Shown: positions 45,364 through 57,579, counted from the whole stretch's first letter. The stretch: 63,997 bases of DNA, filler included, from Diploschistes diacapsis (GCA_023645945.1; 6 parts of 6 records of this genome joined end to end with filler, not necessarily neighbours in it), one strand, 5' to 3'. The notes: a model not told the origin generated them from the letters alone. Translations and numbers: made by a program.

Positions 45364-47146
45364 GTGAGGAAGCTCGCTGCCAAGCTTGCATTGGGAATAG
45401 GGGAGCACATGGACGCGGACGACATAGCGACTTTGGTCATGGCCCCCTTATTAGTATGACGCCCTCACGATGTATGGAGAACAGTAATACAAAAATGGGG
45501 GGGATGACAGCAAAACCATTGTGACGTGCCTTGACGCCGGGAAAGCCGACGCCATGAAGCCAGGTCACCATTGAAGGCAACGATGAACTGACAGACCGAG
45601 ATTAGCAAGCAAGCACTCGCTCGAATTTGAAATTAGATGCAGGACTCTGCAAATGACATGTCAAACACAAACCTACCATTTTGTCAAACAGCAGGTCTTC
45701 TGCAGTACCATCTTACTCTTTCCTTGATCACATTCACCTCTTACCAGCCATGGGCCGTCCTCAGCAAATTGTTGGATTGCAGGGATGAATATAGGAATGC
45801 TGCGATCCAGAGAATGGAATGCATGACAAAGAAAACATCAGGAGCTAGTCAACAAGCCATTTGTGACTTTGTGGGGTCAACGGACACAGTACTCCACGAG
45901 AACATAATCATTGAGTAGCCGTAGCTCTAACATCTTGCAGCGCGCGAGTATACTGCTTGTGGATATAGTGACCGTTGTCAGACGAAGCCCTTTAGTCATA
46001 GTGGGCAGCTGTTCGACGCTGGACGCTTGATTCTGGAGCGCTTAGCTTCGCTTTATGACCGCACATCTCCTTCTGCATGCTGTCGCCTTCTCTACTAAGA
46101 GCTCAGGCGCGCTTTGTTGTTCATCTTAGCGCTCAACTGCCAGAGACTCGGTGGACCTTCGGACAAACAAGGTACAATGACTTTGGACAACCAAGGCTTC
46201 TCACTCTCCCGGAGAAGCGACGGGTTGGGAAGCGGACTCGGATAGGCGTTCAGCTTACTCTGACTCAAGGTGCTAGCTGGAAAGCTTCGACTCGAGACCG
46301 AATGGTGTGTCGCGATGGCTCTGGAAGCGAGCGCGAGCGTGAGCGCGAACGAGGCAACATTCTCACTCCGAGTCTCTGGCTGATGATCCGTCTAGGCTCG
46401 TTGTGGAAGGTCGAGAAGCAGCAGTGGCTAGTCTAGCAGGCGCTCGTTGTACGTGTCAGCAACAAAGCCCTTCAAATTCTAGGACCATCTTACCTAAGAT
46501 CTAGGCTTGTTGAAGCTAAAAGACTGGGAGCGGTGGGAAGGATGAAAAAAGTTGTTCACGGAGACGTTGGACGTTTTGAGCTTTCTCCGCAAATCGCGTG
46601 TGTTGTGGCTTTGTGCTGTGGCTTGGCGCGTATGCCGATATAGTGGTTAGGGTTTAATCACCTGCTTTGCATCACCTCACCTTCTACTACCTTAACAGTG
46701 TTTGATATAGCATCATGGACCTTCCAAATACTCGGAGCAGTCGGAGTTAGTGGTCTTTCTCATCATTTGTTCTCTTGTCTGACCTGGGCTGCCCGGTTAC
46801 AACGCAGTTTTCTCGCAATATAGGTAGGGTTTCTTACGAGTAATTGCTCCTTGCAGAACGTGCACTCCTATCACAATGTACCTGCAGATGCACATCAACA
46901 TTGCAGCTCTTGCAAGGCCTCCAATTCTGGTTCTGTGCTTCGATAACACGCGATCCTGACCGTGGTTGTCATGTACTCCACACCAAAGACTCAGGGCCGA
47001 GTACGCGGTAGGTATAAAGAAACGTTGAAGATGCCGTTCTTTGTCTGGAGAATCAGCACATTGTTACCTTCCTTGATCCTTCCTTGCAACGTACATACTA
47101 CATTCTGTATATACTTTTTCTCTTCCAAACTGTACATACCGTCAAG

Positions 47147-48277
47147 ATGACCAACTCCACCCTGCAGCTCGCTCTTCAGAACCAGACCAATTCCAATACG
47201 GTCTATGCCTACATCACCGGGCTGGCTGTCGACAAAAACGAGGCCCTGGTCCTGATCGAATCCGATGGCGTGACGCCATACTATCCGGCGAGCCCGTCCT
47301 CCACTGGACAGCCCCTGGCCACGAACTGTGCCATTCCTCTTGGCGCTCCTGGAAGCACGACCAACGTGACGATCCCCCGCATCGCCGGAGGTCGTGTTTG
47401 GTTTTCTGTCAATGGAACTCTGACTTTCCTCATCAACCCCGGACCAGGTCTTGTTGAACCGACCGTTGCCAACCCGAATGATCCCAACATCAACACCCAA
47501 TGGGACTTTTGCGAGTTCACCTTCAACCAGTACGAGCTGTATGCTAACATCACCTACGTCGACTTTGTGTCGGTTCCGATTGGAATGACGCTGCTGAACG
47601 CAAGCAACCAGACCCAGCACGTCTCTGGTCTGCCCTCGAACGGTCTGCAGACTGTTGCTTCTGGACTTGAGGCTCAGGACTCGAGTGACCATGCGGGTTG
47701 GAGCCAGCTGATTGTCAACGGCCCCAGCGGTCTGTTGCGCATATTATCCCCTAACATGGGCATCACCAACAACTCGTCCCTGTTCAACGGCTACTACGAC
47801 CCCTATGTCAACCAGGTGTATACCATGTACCAGAACCAGACCCTTACGGTCGATACTCAGGACACTTGGGGCATTGTGACCGGCAAGGTCAGTAACAACG
47901 AGCTGACCTTTTCCGGTGCGGGCTCTTTCGCCATGCCATCCACCGCAAACATCTTCAGTAACTCGTCCGGCCCCTTCGCCACGACCACCACCGAGATGGG
48001 CGACATTGGCGCCCGTCTTGCCGCCGCTTTCAACCGCTCCACTCTGCTCATCGACTCCGACCAGCCAGATGGAGAGAACCCAGCAAACTACTACAAGAAC
48101 GCCATCACCAACCACTATGCTCGCATCTTGCACCAAACTAACCTTGATGGACGCGGGTACGCCTTCCCTTATGACGATGTCGCTCCCAGCGGTGGTGCCG
48201 ACCAGAGCGGATACTTTTCTGACGGAAACCCCACGCTCTGGACAATTGCTGTCGGTGGCGGCAACGCATATGCATAG
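47147..48277 (+). CDS. Glycoside hydrolase family 64 beta-1,3-glucanase, intronless
   Basis: VYAYITG, PRIAGGRVWFS, WDFCEFTFN...YANITYVDFV, RLAAAFNRSTL, TNHYARILH and GRGYAFPYDDV are typical GH64 motifs. Confidence 0.9.
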   Translation: MTNSTLQLALQNQTNSNTVYAYITGLAVDKNEALVLIESDGVTPYYPASPSSTGQPLATNCAIPLGAPGSTTNVTIPRIAGGRVWFSVNGTLTFLINPGPGLVEPTVANPNDPNINTQWDFCEFTFNQYELYANITYVDFVSVPIGMTLLNASNQTQHVSGLPSNGLQTVASGLEAQDSSDHAGWSQLIVNGPSGLLRILSPNMGITNNSSLFNGYYDPYVNQVYTMYQNQTLTVDTQDTWGIVTGKVSNNELTFSGAGSFAMPSTANIFSNSSGPFATTTTEMGDIGARLAAAFNRSTLLIDSDQPDGENPANYYKNAITNHYARILHQTNLDGRGYAFPYDDVAPSGGADQSGYFSDGNPTLWTIAVGGGNAYA

Positions 48278-49000
48278 AAGCGTGAGCTCGTTCATGGACT
48301 TTGTTGCTTTACAGTCGCTCCTTATGGGAATACGAGAGTTTTTATAGTCATTCACTAGAGGTTGTCACGTAATATAATCCGCTCTTATCTTCTCAACCCT
48401 GCCTTGAAGATTAAAGTGAAGCAAAATGCCCATATACGTTTAACTGAGTGAATCATAACATGTGGCCTTTACACCCAGCTTGTGCATGGTCCATGAATTT
48501 GGAAGATTCTCGAGGGTCTTACCCCTGATGTTTAATCTCGGTAAGCTATCCCTATTGGGCATGGATTTGCACATGTCAAACTTGCCAATCAGCTCGCCCA
48601 CGAGCTAGTGACTGCACCATTGCATGCACGAACATGAGCTCAGCAAACGAAACATGAAGTAGTGTTTGATATGCAATCTGTACGACATCGACGCGCCACC
48701 AGGGGCACAGCAGGATTAGGGGTTGAGAAATGGTCACAAAGCGAGCAGGGAGCCCTTTGGCTCAGCACAAGGCTGTGACCTGGATTTACCCAGCCCCTGC
48801 TGATCTGCAAGACGGTCATGAGAGAGGGTACTGCGCGCGCGCAAGAGCTACATTTTTTGCCTTCTTCCTGCTCTCCTCTTCTATGTCGGTACCTGCACTT
48901 TGCTCTTCTACATACCCTACGCTTCCACAACCCCTAACCCGCTGCCGAGTCCTCCCAGCTCCCAACGCGCCGCACCTTCGCCCACCCAAGACCCGCAACC

Positions 49001-50466
49001 ATGGAACCCTTCTTCCAAAAGGCAACCCAGAACATCGAAGAAACCCCCGCCGAGCGCGCCTTCCGCCACGCCGGTAAATTCCAAGACGTCGAGTCCTCGC
49101 TCGCCGCCAACAACGTCACGGCCTCGCACGTCCCCGCCCCCACCACCCGTATATACAGCCTCCTCCATGCCTTGCGCTCCTACCTGCCCCCACTATCAAC
49201 GCAGCTATTCGAAAACATAAGCTCCTACCTCGGCCACCGCAACCCGCTCGCCTGCCCGGCCCGCGACCCCAGCGACGCCGTCTGGCTCCTTGACAACACG
49301 GCCTACCGCCCCGCCCATTCTTCCTCTTCCCCTCCTTCCGAGCACCACAAGGTTACTCAGCAATGGCGAGCCGAGTTCGTGGCGTGCTACTTTGCGCGTG
49401 ACAGCGGCAAGGACGTGTCGCGGTGGGTGGCGGATATAGCGGATAAGGTAGGCTTGCACGACATGGATATACCGGACGAGGAAGGCAAGAAGAGGATAGA
49501 AGAGAGGGTGCGCCCGTTTTTGGAGGGTATTAGGCCGGCGCGGTGGGTGGATGTGGTGTTGTGCGGGGAGGAGGGTAAGGTGAGGAGGCTGGGTCCTGGT
49601 GGGCGGAATGCGGTGTCCAGCCAGGTCGTTGGGCCACTGGGCCGACAATATGAGGAAGGTGCAGTGGTGCAGACAGGCCTTGTGCATCCCGAGCTGGCGC
49701 CTTATGGGTCGATGAATACGTATTTCGCCGGGCCGGAGGGCTGGATCGTGATTTCCGGTACGCTCATCAACCTTTCTCTCTTCTTCCTCACACTAGCAAC
49801 CCACGTTTTTCTCGCATACTCTACTTTAGCACAGGCAATAAAAACCCCAGAAAGAGTACTAACACCCCTTTCTCAAAAGACATCGACGACACCATAAAAA
49901 TCACCCAAACCCCCGACCCCATCGGCATCCTCCGCACAACCTTCGTCTCCACCCCGACCACAACAACCGGCATGCCCTCCCTCTACACAACTCTCAACAC
50001 CCTCCTCTCTTTCCCGCACTGGTTCTACCTCTCCGCCTCGCCCTACAACCTCTACCCCTTCCTGCGCCCCTTCTTACTCGCCCACTACCCGCCCGGCACC
50101 ATTCTCCTCCGCGAAACATCCTGGATCACGCCTTCCGGCCTGCTCCAGGCCCTCACGCAGGGCGTGCAAGCCTTCAAGGTGTCCCGCATGGACAGGATCC
50201 ACGAATGGCTGCCACAGAGGAGGGTGCTCTGTGTGGGAGACAGCACACAGAGCGATCCGGAGGCGTACGCAGAGGTGTACAGGAAGTACCCCGGGTGGGT
50301 GCGGGCGGTGTTTATAAGGAAGGTGCTGGATGTGGGGGGCATGGAGAAGAAGAATTTGCCGGAGAGGTTTGAGAAGGCGTTCGAGGGCGTGCCGCGGAGC
50401 GTTTGGAGGGTTTTTGAGGACCCGGTGGAGCTGGGGCAGGCGGTGGAGGGGTTGAAGACTATGTAG
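49001..50466 (+). CDS. App1-like phosphatidate phosphatase (HAD-type), one intron (~49758-49879)
   Basis: Spliced WIVISDIDDTIK (DxDxT), VWLLDNTAY, FYLSASPYNLY, VGDSTQSDPEAY and VFIRKV. Confidence 0.82.
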
Positions 50467-50494
50467 TTGAGTAGGTAGGGTGGTGGGAGAAGGG

Positions 50495-50594
50495 NNNNNN
50501 NNNNNNNNNNNNNNNNNNNNNNNNNNNNNNNNNNNNNNTTAATTAATTAANNNNNNNNNNNNNNNNNNNNNNNNNNNNNNNNNNNNNNNNNNNN
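50495..50594. other. Artificial contig-joining spacer
   Basis: N44-TTAATTAATTAA-N44. Confidence 0.97.
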
Positions 50595-50811
50595 TTCTTC
50601 AGGGGGTTAGTTTGGGGGGCTGGTGTGAAATCGGGAAAGGGATTGAGATGTCAGGTAGAGATAGGGGGAAAGAATAGGCGCGTACCATGCCTGGGTCGTC
50701 GATTTCGGGGTTTGAGGCGTAGGCGCGGAGGAGGAGGAGGGAGGGTCGAGGATGTTGTGGGCGGATTGTGGAGGCCAGGGGCCGGATGGTGGGAGCTAGT
50801 CGTCGTAGCAT
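50595..50811 (-). CDS. 5' exon of a mitochondrial complex I accessory subunit (NDUFB8-like), truncated at contig end
   Basis: Arg-rich mitochondrial presequence MLRRLAPTIRPL...RAYAS followed by EIDDPGM. The intron (50685-50597, CTAAC branch) rejoins at AA, consistent with the DDPGMNG motif I recall from fungal NDUFB8. Confidence 0.6.
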
Positions 50812-51241
50812 TGCAGTCCAATGACTGTGGGCAACCCTACAAGACAAATAGAAGAATATATACGACGGTCAAGGGGCGATGGTGCAGCTACTCTCAATAG
50901 CTAGGTCTCGAGGAGTTGGTAGCAAGTACCCATGGAGCATCATCAATGAAGTAAGGCGTTAAAATGTGGGCGGGTTTCTGATCGGGCTTAGGCAAATGAC
51001 CAATTTTCAAGTTCCCTCTTTAACGCGGCTTGAACGGATACCTCAGAAAAACACTTTTTCTTACCGATCCTCCATTTCACAGCTTCTTTTCCCCCTACAG
51101 CACGCACATTTACCGCATACCTGTCCAAACTTCGACAGTAGATCCGTCTCGATGAGAGCTCTTATCTGACATAAAAATACTGGGATTCGAGCATGGTTCG
51201 GGCGAGATTGGTGGGGGTACTTGTTGGTGGATGAAATTGTC

Positions 51242-54200
51242 ATGGAAGGCTCCTTCGGCGCGCAAGAAATTCACAACGGCCTAGACTGCCCGCCGGCTGA
51301 ACAACCTGACAACAACACAACCCTCAACAATCCTCCATCCACGCATAATCTCGACAGCGGCACACCCGCATCAGAACACGACAACGATGTCAAAGCAGAG
51401 GCCTATCTGGGGGAATTTCAGCACGATGGACCCCCGCTCAAGCGTCGAAGGCTCACCGACCTCAATACGCCTCAACCGCAACGGTCGAGTTCCCGTGCGG
51501 TATCTCCACCATGGAAAAAGGTGGGCGTTGAAGGCCCTACCACCTTCTTCTCGGATGGCAAACGTAAATCCGCACGCGTCAATACTCTGCCACTCGATCT
51601 CCACCCTCAGACGGATAAGAGGACAGCCCGCGCAAACCTTGAACGTGCGGACAGCAGTGTGAAGAGCAAGCATGGCGGTGCATCGACGGCCGAACCTTCG
51701 CCTTCGATTCCACACCAAAACCAAAATGAAGCCAAAATGAAACATTCACGGACCACCGATAATGCCGGTACACAGACCCCAACAAAATCGCCCACAACGA
51801 CACACACTGCTGGAATCAAGGGTAGTACGGTTGACTCTACTGTTACTCCTAGTCGACAGTCGTCGAGGCGTAAGAGTCAAACCTACAAAGTTCAATCGCC
51901 CACAACGATTCATAAAAACATTAGCCCTCAGCAAAAGCGAAGACCCGGTCGCCCTTCCAGAAGCTCAATGATCAAAACGGAGGAGGTCGAGAACAAGACC
52001 ACGAATGGATGGCACCAAGATTCGGACGACGAGAAGAAGACATATGCCACCGATCAAAACCGAGAGGGAGAAGATGATGGCCATCGTCGTGTAAATTACA
52101 AGGTTGAAGATACGGTTATGGGCCCAAACCTCAAACCTCAACGCCTTAAGCTAAAGCTCAGACCGCCTGCACCTCCACGGATACAGCATCCTAGCCTCAT
52201 CCCCCCTGAAAGACAATGCGCTTCTCTCCGTGAATTGCTGGATAACGACGATGCTCTAGATGGAGCAAACATGACGTTGTTGACCGATGAAGAAGTGACA
52301 CGCGAAGCCAAGATTCGAAATCGCATCGAAGTCGAGGCGTGCACCGGCGGCCTGCTTGACCCAGAATGCTCGAGCATCATGAAGCCCGAAACAGAGGAGG
52401 AGCCTCCCATTCAGCGCACTCACCAGGACTTCATGGTGGCTCACGCCCTTTACTTCTCCAAATTACTCAAGCAGGAGCACAGGAGGCACACGGACAGCGC
52501 AAGAAAATTGGCCTACAATGCGCAGATCAAGTGGAAGGCAAATCAACCAAAGGATAAGGAAGAGCTTCAACAGGAACGAGAAGAAAGGCAGACAGCCGTC
52601 ATTGAGGCAGCTCACAGACAATGTCTACATGATCTCACGGTTAAATGGGAGTTGCTTCGAGCAGAGGTGGAGGCGTGGCGTTTTGATCGTTGGAAGGAGG
52701 AGCAAGAGGCTCAAGGAAAGGAGACCCTCAATCGCGTGCTGGAAGAGTCCAGCAAGCTGCTCGAATCGAACTTCAATGACGAGTCGCTCCATGGTAGCTC
52801 CAGCGAGGCCGGGGGCGGGGAAGATGATGAGCGTTCATACAATAGTGAGGACAACATGTCCGTGGATGAGGAGGAAGACGAAGACGAAGCAGATAACGAG
52901 GTGGACGCTAACCCGGATGACCAACTTACTGCGGAAGAACTTCGAAGGAAATACAGCGAAGCACACATGGATCTAGATCGACCACCAGATCAAGAAGACG
53001 AACCGCAGCAGCAGCAGCAGCAGCAGTCAAGGCTCTCCCCTAAACAAGCAGGGACTCCCATTTCCCAGGATGTCGAAGAGGATGACAACACTTTTACGAA
53101 GGGGTTGGATTTCGATGACGATGTGATTAAGGCGAAAATAGCCCAAGCACAGAAGGATCTTTCGGATGACAATGCAAACCTCAGCGAAGACGAGAGCACG
53201 GACATGTCAAGCGAAGATTCTGAAGATCTCGATCCGTCAGATCAAAATGACGAGGACGAGGAAGAAGAAGAATCCGGCGAAGATGACAATCCTACTTTAT
53301 CTATGCTGCTTGGTGGGCCCAAGGCGCAACCAAATCTCAACATACGACAGGACAAAATGGGGGATCACATGGACGTGGATACCACTGTGCAGTCTATGGC
53401 GGATGCTGAAAGCTCTATGCCTGTCAACGTTAACGACTTTGACGAGGAAGAAATTGAAGAGGTCTCCCTTATTCCAGACGCAGCTCAAGTTCAAACACCA
53501 TCAAGTACATCAAGTGATAATTCAGCACCTTCCTTGACCTACTTCGAGGGCCCTGAACAGTCGCTGGAGAAGCACGTCCCTAACCTAGATATCACATCGC
53601 TTCCAGGCACGGCCTCTAAGCAAGCCCCTCCGACCGTGCAGAGCACTTCGGCAGACGAAAGAGGGCTTGTGACTCAAGACTCGATGCCTGCCACTCCGAT
53701 ATCTGTCGATATGGAGAAGAAACAAATTCCGGTCTTGGAGATACCCCACTTACTCAGGGCTACCCTGCGAGAATACCAAAAGGAAGGTTTCAACTGGCTA
53801 GCCGACCGTTACAAGCACAATGCCAATGGCATCTTGGCCGACGAGATGGGACTGGGCAAGACAATTCAGACAATCACCTTGCTTGCGCATCTCGCGCTCA
53901 AGTACGAAGTTTGGGGGCCGCATCTTGTTGTTGTACCGACCAGCGTTATTCTCAACTGGGAGATGGAGTTCAAGAAGTTCCTGCCAGGCTTTAAAATTTT
54001 GACGTATTACGGATCACAACAGGAACGAAAAGCCAAGAGACTAGGCTGGCTCAAAGACAAGTGGAACGTCGTGATTACATCGTATCAGCTCGTTGTGGCT
54101 GATGCACCAAGCCTCAAGAGAAGAAACTGGCACTATCTCATCCTTGATGAGGCTCACAATATCAAAAACTTCCGCTCGCAGCGTTGGCAGACCTTGCTCA

Positions 54201-56611
54201 CTTTCAGATCGCATGCTCGCCTGCTCTTGACGGGTACGCCGCTGCAGAACAATCTCGAGGAACTGTGGTCACTGCTGTTCTTTCTTGTCGGGCCTGATAA
54301 GGCAGAAGAGTTCTTGGGCCGCCAGGAATTCTCTCAGCTCTTCAAGAAGCCCGCTGATCAGATATTAGAGAATGATCAGCGATTCCTGGATGCCGAGGGT
54401 CGAGAACAAGTTCAGAAGCTGCATCAAGTGCTACGGCCTCGATTGCTACGTCGCATGAAAGCGGACGTTGAGAAGCAGATGCCTGGCAAGTATGAACATG
54501 TTGTGTATTGCAAACTCTCCAAGAGGCAGCGGTATCTCTACGATGGATTTTTGTCAAGGTCTCAGACGAGAGAGACATTGGCCCGTGGGAATTACCTCTC
54601 TATCATCAACTGCCTGATGCAACTCCGCAAGGTCTGCAACCATCCAGATCTATTTGAAACGAGGCCGATCGTTACTTCGTTTGCTATGCCAAGGTCTGCA
54701 ATTGCCGAATATGAGATCAAAGACCTGCTCGTTCGTCGAAAGCTACTCCAAGAAGATGACAGCCAGAGAGTGAGCCTTGACATTGTCGACCTTCTTCCTG
54801 GTGCAAACGGTCCCGTATCTGCCCTTGATACAATACAGGGTGCTCGCCTGGGGGCTTTGGGCAGATTACGGGAGCTTGTTTACTACCAAGAGACGTATCA
54901 CTGTCCCAAGACCAGCCTCGCGTATGATGGCGCAACAACCGAGGCAACGCTAGCACACATGGAAAACATATCGCGCTTCTCGGTACTTAGTGACTTGAAG
55001 CAGGCAGCCTACTTGACAAGCCTTAAGAGCCAACGCCGTCCGTTGTACAGCCACAGTTTGGCGGAGAGATTGACGATCAAGTTAAAAACTCTCCCAGATC
55101 AGCCTGTACCCGCCCGTAGGTCGCACCTTGCAGGCTGGTACTCTCAGCTGTCTCCCGTGATGCAAGACATGGTCAAGAGCCTTAACAAGCGGTCGGAACT
55201 AATGTCCGATTACGTCAAGAAATTCTCTTGTGTTACTCCTGCCGTCGTTGCGCCAGATCTTTACGAGACGAGCCTCTCCAAGCCCGTGGTCCAGACACTT
55301 CGTGAAAGCCAAAAGAACTTTGCTGATGATGCGTTCCACGAATCCCGAGTGCGTCTATCCATTGCATTCCCAGACAAGCGTCTGCTTCAGTATGACTGCG
55401 GCAAACTCCAACGCCTTGACGCTCTCCTTCGAAGACTCAAGTCTGGCGGCCACCGCGCCCTTATTTTCACCCAAATGACCAAAGTCCTCGACATCCTCGA
55501 GCAATTTCTAAACATCCACGGCCACCGCTATCTGCGCCTCGACGGCTCCACGAAGCTTGAGCAGCGGCAAATCCTTACCGAGCGCTTCAACAGCGACCCT
55601 AGCATCTTAGCCTTCATTCTCTCTTCCCGGTCCGGCGGCCTCGGTATCAACCTCACCGGCGCCGACACAGTAATCTTCTACGACCTGGACTGGAACCCAG
55701 CAATGGACAAGCAGTGTCAGGACCGTTGCCATCGCATCGGCCAGACGCGCGACGTGCACATCTACCGCTTTGTATCCGAACACACCATCGAAGCCAACAT
55801 TCTACGCAAGTCCAACCAGAAGCGCCTGCTCGACGACGTCATCATTCAAGAGGGTGACTTCACGACGGATTTCCTTAACAAGCAGCCGAATCCGCGCGAC
55901 ATGTTCGAAGACGAAGCGCTGCGCGATGCGGACGCCGAAGCTTCTGCCGCCTTCGACCGCGTCTTAGGTATTGGGAATAATGCTGGCGAAGACCCAGGCA
56001 AGATCTTCGAGCAGGCGGAAGACAGGGAGGACGTCGCGGCCGCCCGCACCGCAGAGAAGGAAGTCGTGAAAGCCGACGAGGAGGATTTTGCAGAGCGAGA
56101 AGCTGGCGCGGGGCACATGCAAAGGAACCAGACTTCCATCACTCCTAATGCAAGAAGTACCCCTTTGAACCACTTCACCGCGCCCACGCATTCCGTCGCC
56201 ATTGGCCAAGCCCACCCTCACGACAGCGCCAAGCCAACCTCTACCTCTACCTCCAACACACACCCCAACCCCAAATCCACTTCCTCCCCCAGCAAAGCCT
56301 CGTCCCAGTCCACACCCCTCACGTCCAAGGATAACAGCACCACCACCACCACCACCCCCACCAACATGCCTCCAGGTTACGAAAGAGGCGACGACGTGGC
56401 ACCCCGCACGGACATGTCGTCGGACATCTTCCTCAATAAGCAGCCTGTCGGCGTGGACCGGCACATCGTTGAGTTCCTAGAATGGGAAGCAAAGGGTGTG
56501 GTGTATCGGCCGCCGAAACAGGCGCTTGTTGCGGCGGGCGCGGGTGGCCTTGGGGGTGGCAAGAAGAGGAGGGGGAAGGTGGAGGAGGTTAGGGTTAGGA
56601 AGAAGGGATGA
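51242..56611 (+). CDS. SWR1: SWR1 chromatin-remodelling ATPase (split SNF2 helicase)
   Basis: HSA-like region, GILADEMGLGKT, LDEAHNIKNFRSQRWQ, long insert, FPDKRLLQYDCGKLQ and QDRCHRIGQTRDV. Confidence 0.95.
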   Translation: MEGSFGAQEIHNGLDCPPAEQPDNNTTLNNPPSTHNLDSGTPASEHDNDVKAEAYLGEFQHDGPPLKRRRLTDLNTPQPQRSSSRAVSPPWKKVGVEGPTTFFSDGKRKSARVNTLPLDLHPQTDKRTARANLERADSSVKSKHGGASTAEPSPSIPHQNQNEAKMKHSRTTDNAGTQTPTKSPTTTHTAGIKGSTVDSTVTPSRQSSRRKSQTYKVQSPTTIHKNISPQQKRRPGRPSRSSMIKTEEVENKTTNGWHQDSDDEKKTYATDQNREGEDDGHRRVNYKVEDTVMGPNLKPQRLKLKLRPPAPPRIQHPSLIPPERQCASLRELLDNDDALDGANMTLLTDEEVTREAKIRNRIEVEACTGGLLDPECSSIMKPETEEEPPIQRTHQDFMVAHALYFSKLLKQEHRRHTDSARKLAYNAQIKWKANQPKDKEELQQEREERQTAVIEAAHRQCLHDLTVKWELLRAEVEAWRFDRWKEEQEAQGKETLNRVLEESSKLLESNFNDESLHGSSSEAGGGEDDERSYNSEDNMSVDEEEDEDEADNEVDANPDDQLTAEELRRKYSEAHMDLDRPPDQEDEPQQQQQQQSRLSPKQAGTPISQDVEEDDNTFTKGLDFDDDVIKAKIAQAQKDLSDDNANLSEDESTDMSSEDSEDLDPSDQNDEDEEEEESGEDDNPTLSMLLGGPKAQPNLNIRQDKMGDHMDVDTTVQSMADAESSMPVNVNDFDEEEIEEVSLIPDAAQVQTPSSTSSDNSAPSLTYFEGPEQSLEKHVPNLDITSLPGTASKQAPPTVQSTSADERGLVTQDSMPATPISVDMEKKQIPVLEIPHLLRATLREYQKEGFNWLADRYKHNANGILADEMGLGKTIQTITLLAHLALKYEVWGPHLVVVPTSVILNWEMEFKKFLPGFKILTYYGSQQERKAKRLGWLKDKWNVVITSYQLVVADAPSLKRRNWHYLILDEAHNIKNFRSQRWQTLLTFRSHARLLLTGTPLQNNLEELWSLLFFLVGPDKAEEFLGRQEFSQLFKKPADQILENDQRFLDAEGREQVQKLHQVLRPRLLRRMKADVEKQMPGKYEHVVYCKLSKRQRYLYDGFLSRSQTRETLARGNYLSIINCLMQLRKVCNHPDLFETRPIVTSFAMPRSAIAEYEIKDLLVRRKLLQEDDSQRVSLDIVDLLPGANGPVSALDTIQGARLGALGRLRELVYYQETYHCPKTSLAYDGATTEATLAHMENISRFSVLSDLKQAAYLTSLKSQRRPLYSHSLAERLTIKLKTLPDQPVPARRSHLAGWYSQLSPVMQDMVKSLNKRSELMSDYVKKFSCVTPAVVAPDLYETSLSKPVVQTLRESQKNFADDAFHESRVRLSIAFPDKRLLQYDCGKLQRLDALLRRLKSGGHRALIFTQMTKVLDILEQFLNIHGHRYLRLDGSTKLEQRQILTERFNSDPSILAFILSSRSGGLGINLTGADTVIFYDLDWNPAMDKQCQDRCHRIGQTRDVHIYRFVSEHTIEANILRKSNQKRLLDDVIIQEGDFTTDFLNKQPNPRDMFEDEALRDADAEASAAFDRVLGIGNNAGEDPGKIFEQAEDREDVAAARTAEKEVVKADEEDFAEREAGAGHMQRNQTSITPNARSTPLNHFTAPTHSVAIGQAHPHDSAKPTSTSTSNTHPNPKSTSSPSKASSQSTPLTSKDNSTTTTTTPTNMPPGYERGDDVAPRTDMSSDIFLNKQPVGVDRHIVEFLEWEAKGVVYRPPKQALVAAGAGGLGGGKKRRGKVEEVRVRKKG

Positions 56612-57041
56612 TGGGTGAGTTTGGTAAATGGAGGGGGGTAATTGGGAGGGGAAGGTTCGAGAATGGGCGTGTTGGAAGCAGTGCGTTGTGGGAAGATATG
56701 GGGAAGGAGATGGTGGTGGAGAGAGGAGAAGCGTGCTGGTAGATGATGGGTGGTGGACGAGGGATGAGATGCAGAAGCAATTCTAGATTAATGCTGCAAT
56801 TAAGTGTCATTAGTATTCCTACTTGTTCGATAAAGTTCTAGGCAGAGTATTGAGTAGGAGCAGCCGGATGGTTTCGGCAGATTCGGACTGCTTGGAAAAC
56901 TTTTATCATCATTGTTGTTGACAGAAGCAGCCTGTTAGTTAATTGGTTCTAGCGCTTCATTAAAGAATTGATCAACCAGCCAGCCATCAACCACCAAGAG
57001 GAGACAGACCGAAAGAATGCACCAATACAGAAAGTCAGGCA

Positions 57042-57044
<3 letters not shown>

Positions 57045-57090
<46 letters not shown>
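57045..57090. repeat. (CT)n microsatellite
   Basis: Long TC dinucleotide run read directly from the sequence. Confidence 0.9.
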
Positions 57091-57091
<1 letters not shown>

Positions 57092-57476
57092 TCCTATACC
57101 TCACTTTCTCCCTTCTGTCCATCCAGAGCACGAAACCAAACGCATTGCGCTAACAAGTTATCCCCATCAGTTCCCCCCCTCTGGGTAAGGAAGTCGCCTC
57201 ATCCCTAAAGCACCGTTCTCCTCTGCACCCTCAGTACTGTAGCATGCTACCTGCCACTTCTGGCAAACTCGCCTGCGCCTCTTCATTGCGCTGCTTTCTT
57301 TCTTCCTTCCTTCCTTCATTCTTCCCTCATTCATTCCTTTTTGTACGTATGCGCTTTTCTCTCCCCCTTTTCTAGTATCTAGATACTACTCCCTTTCCTC
57401 TTTCTCCTTCTTTCTCGTCTGCGGTACCTGCCTCCCTCCTTCCGTCCCACCCCTCGCCTGACCTCCGCCATTTCCC

Positions 57477-57576
57477 NNNNNNNNNNNNNNNNNNNNNNNN
57501 NNNNNNNNNNNNNNNNNNNNTTAATTAATTAANNNNNNNNNNNNNNNNNNNNNNNNNNNNNNNNNNNNNNNNNNNN
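57477..57576. other. Artificial contig-joining spacer
   Basis: N44-TTAATTAATTAA-N44. Confidence 0.97.
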
Positions 57577-57579
57577 CCC

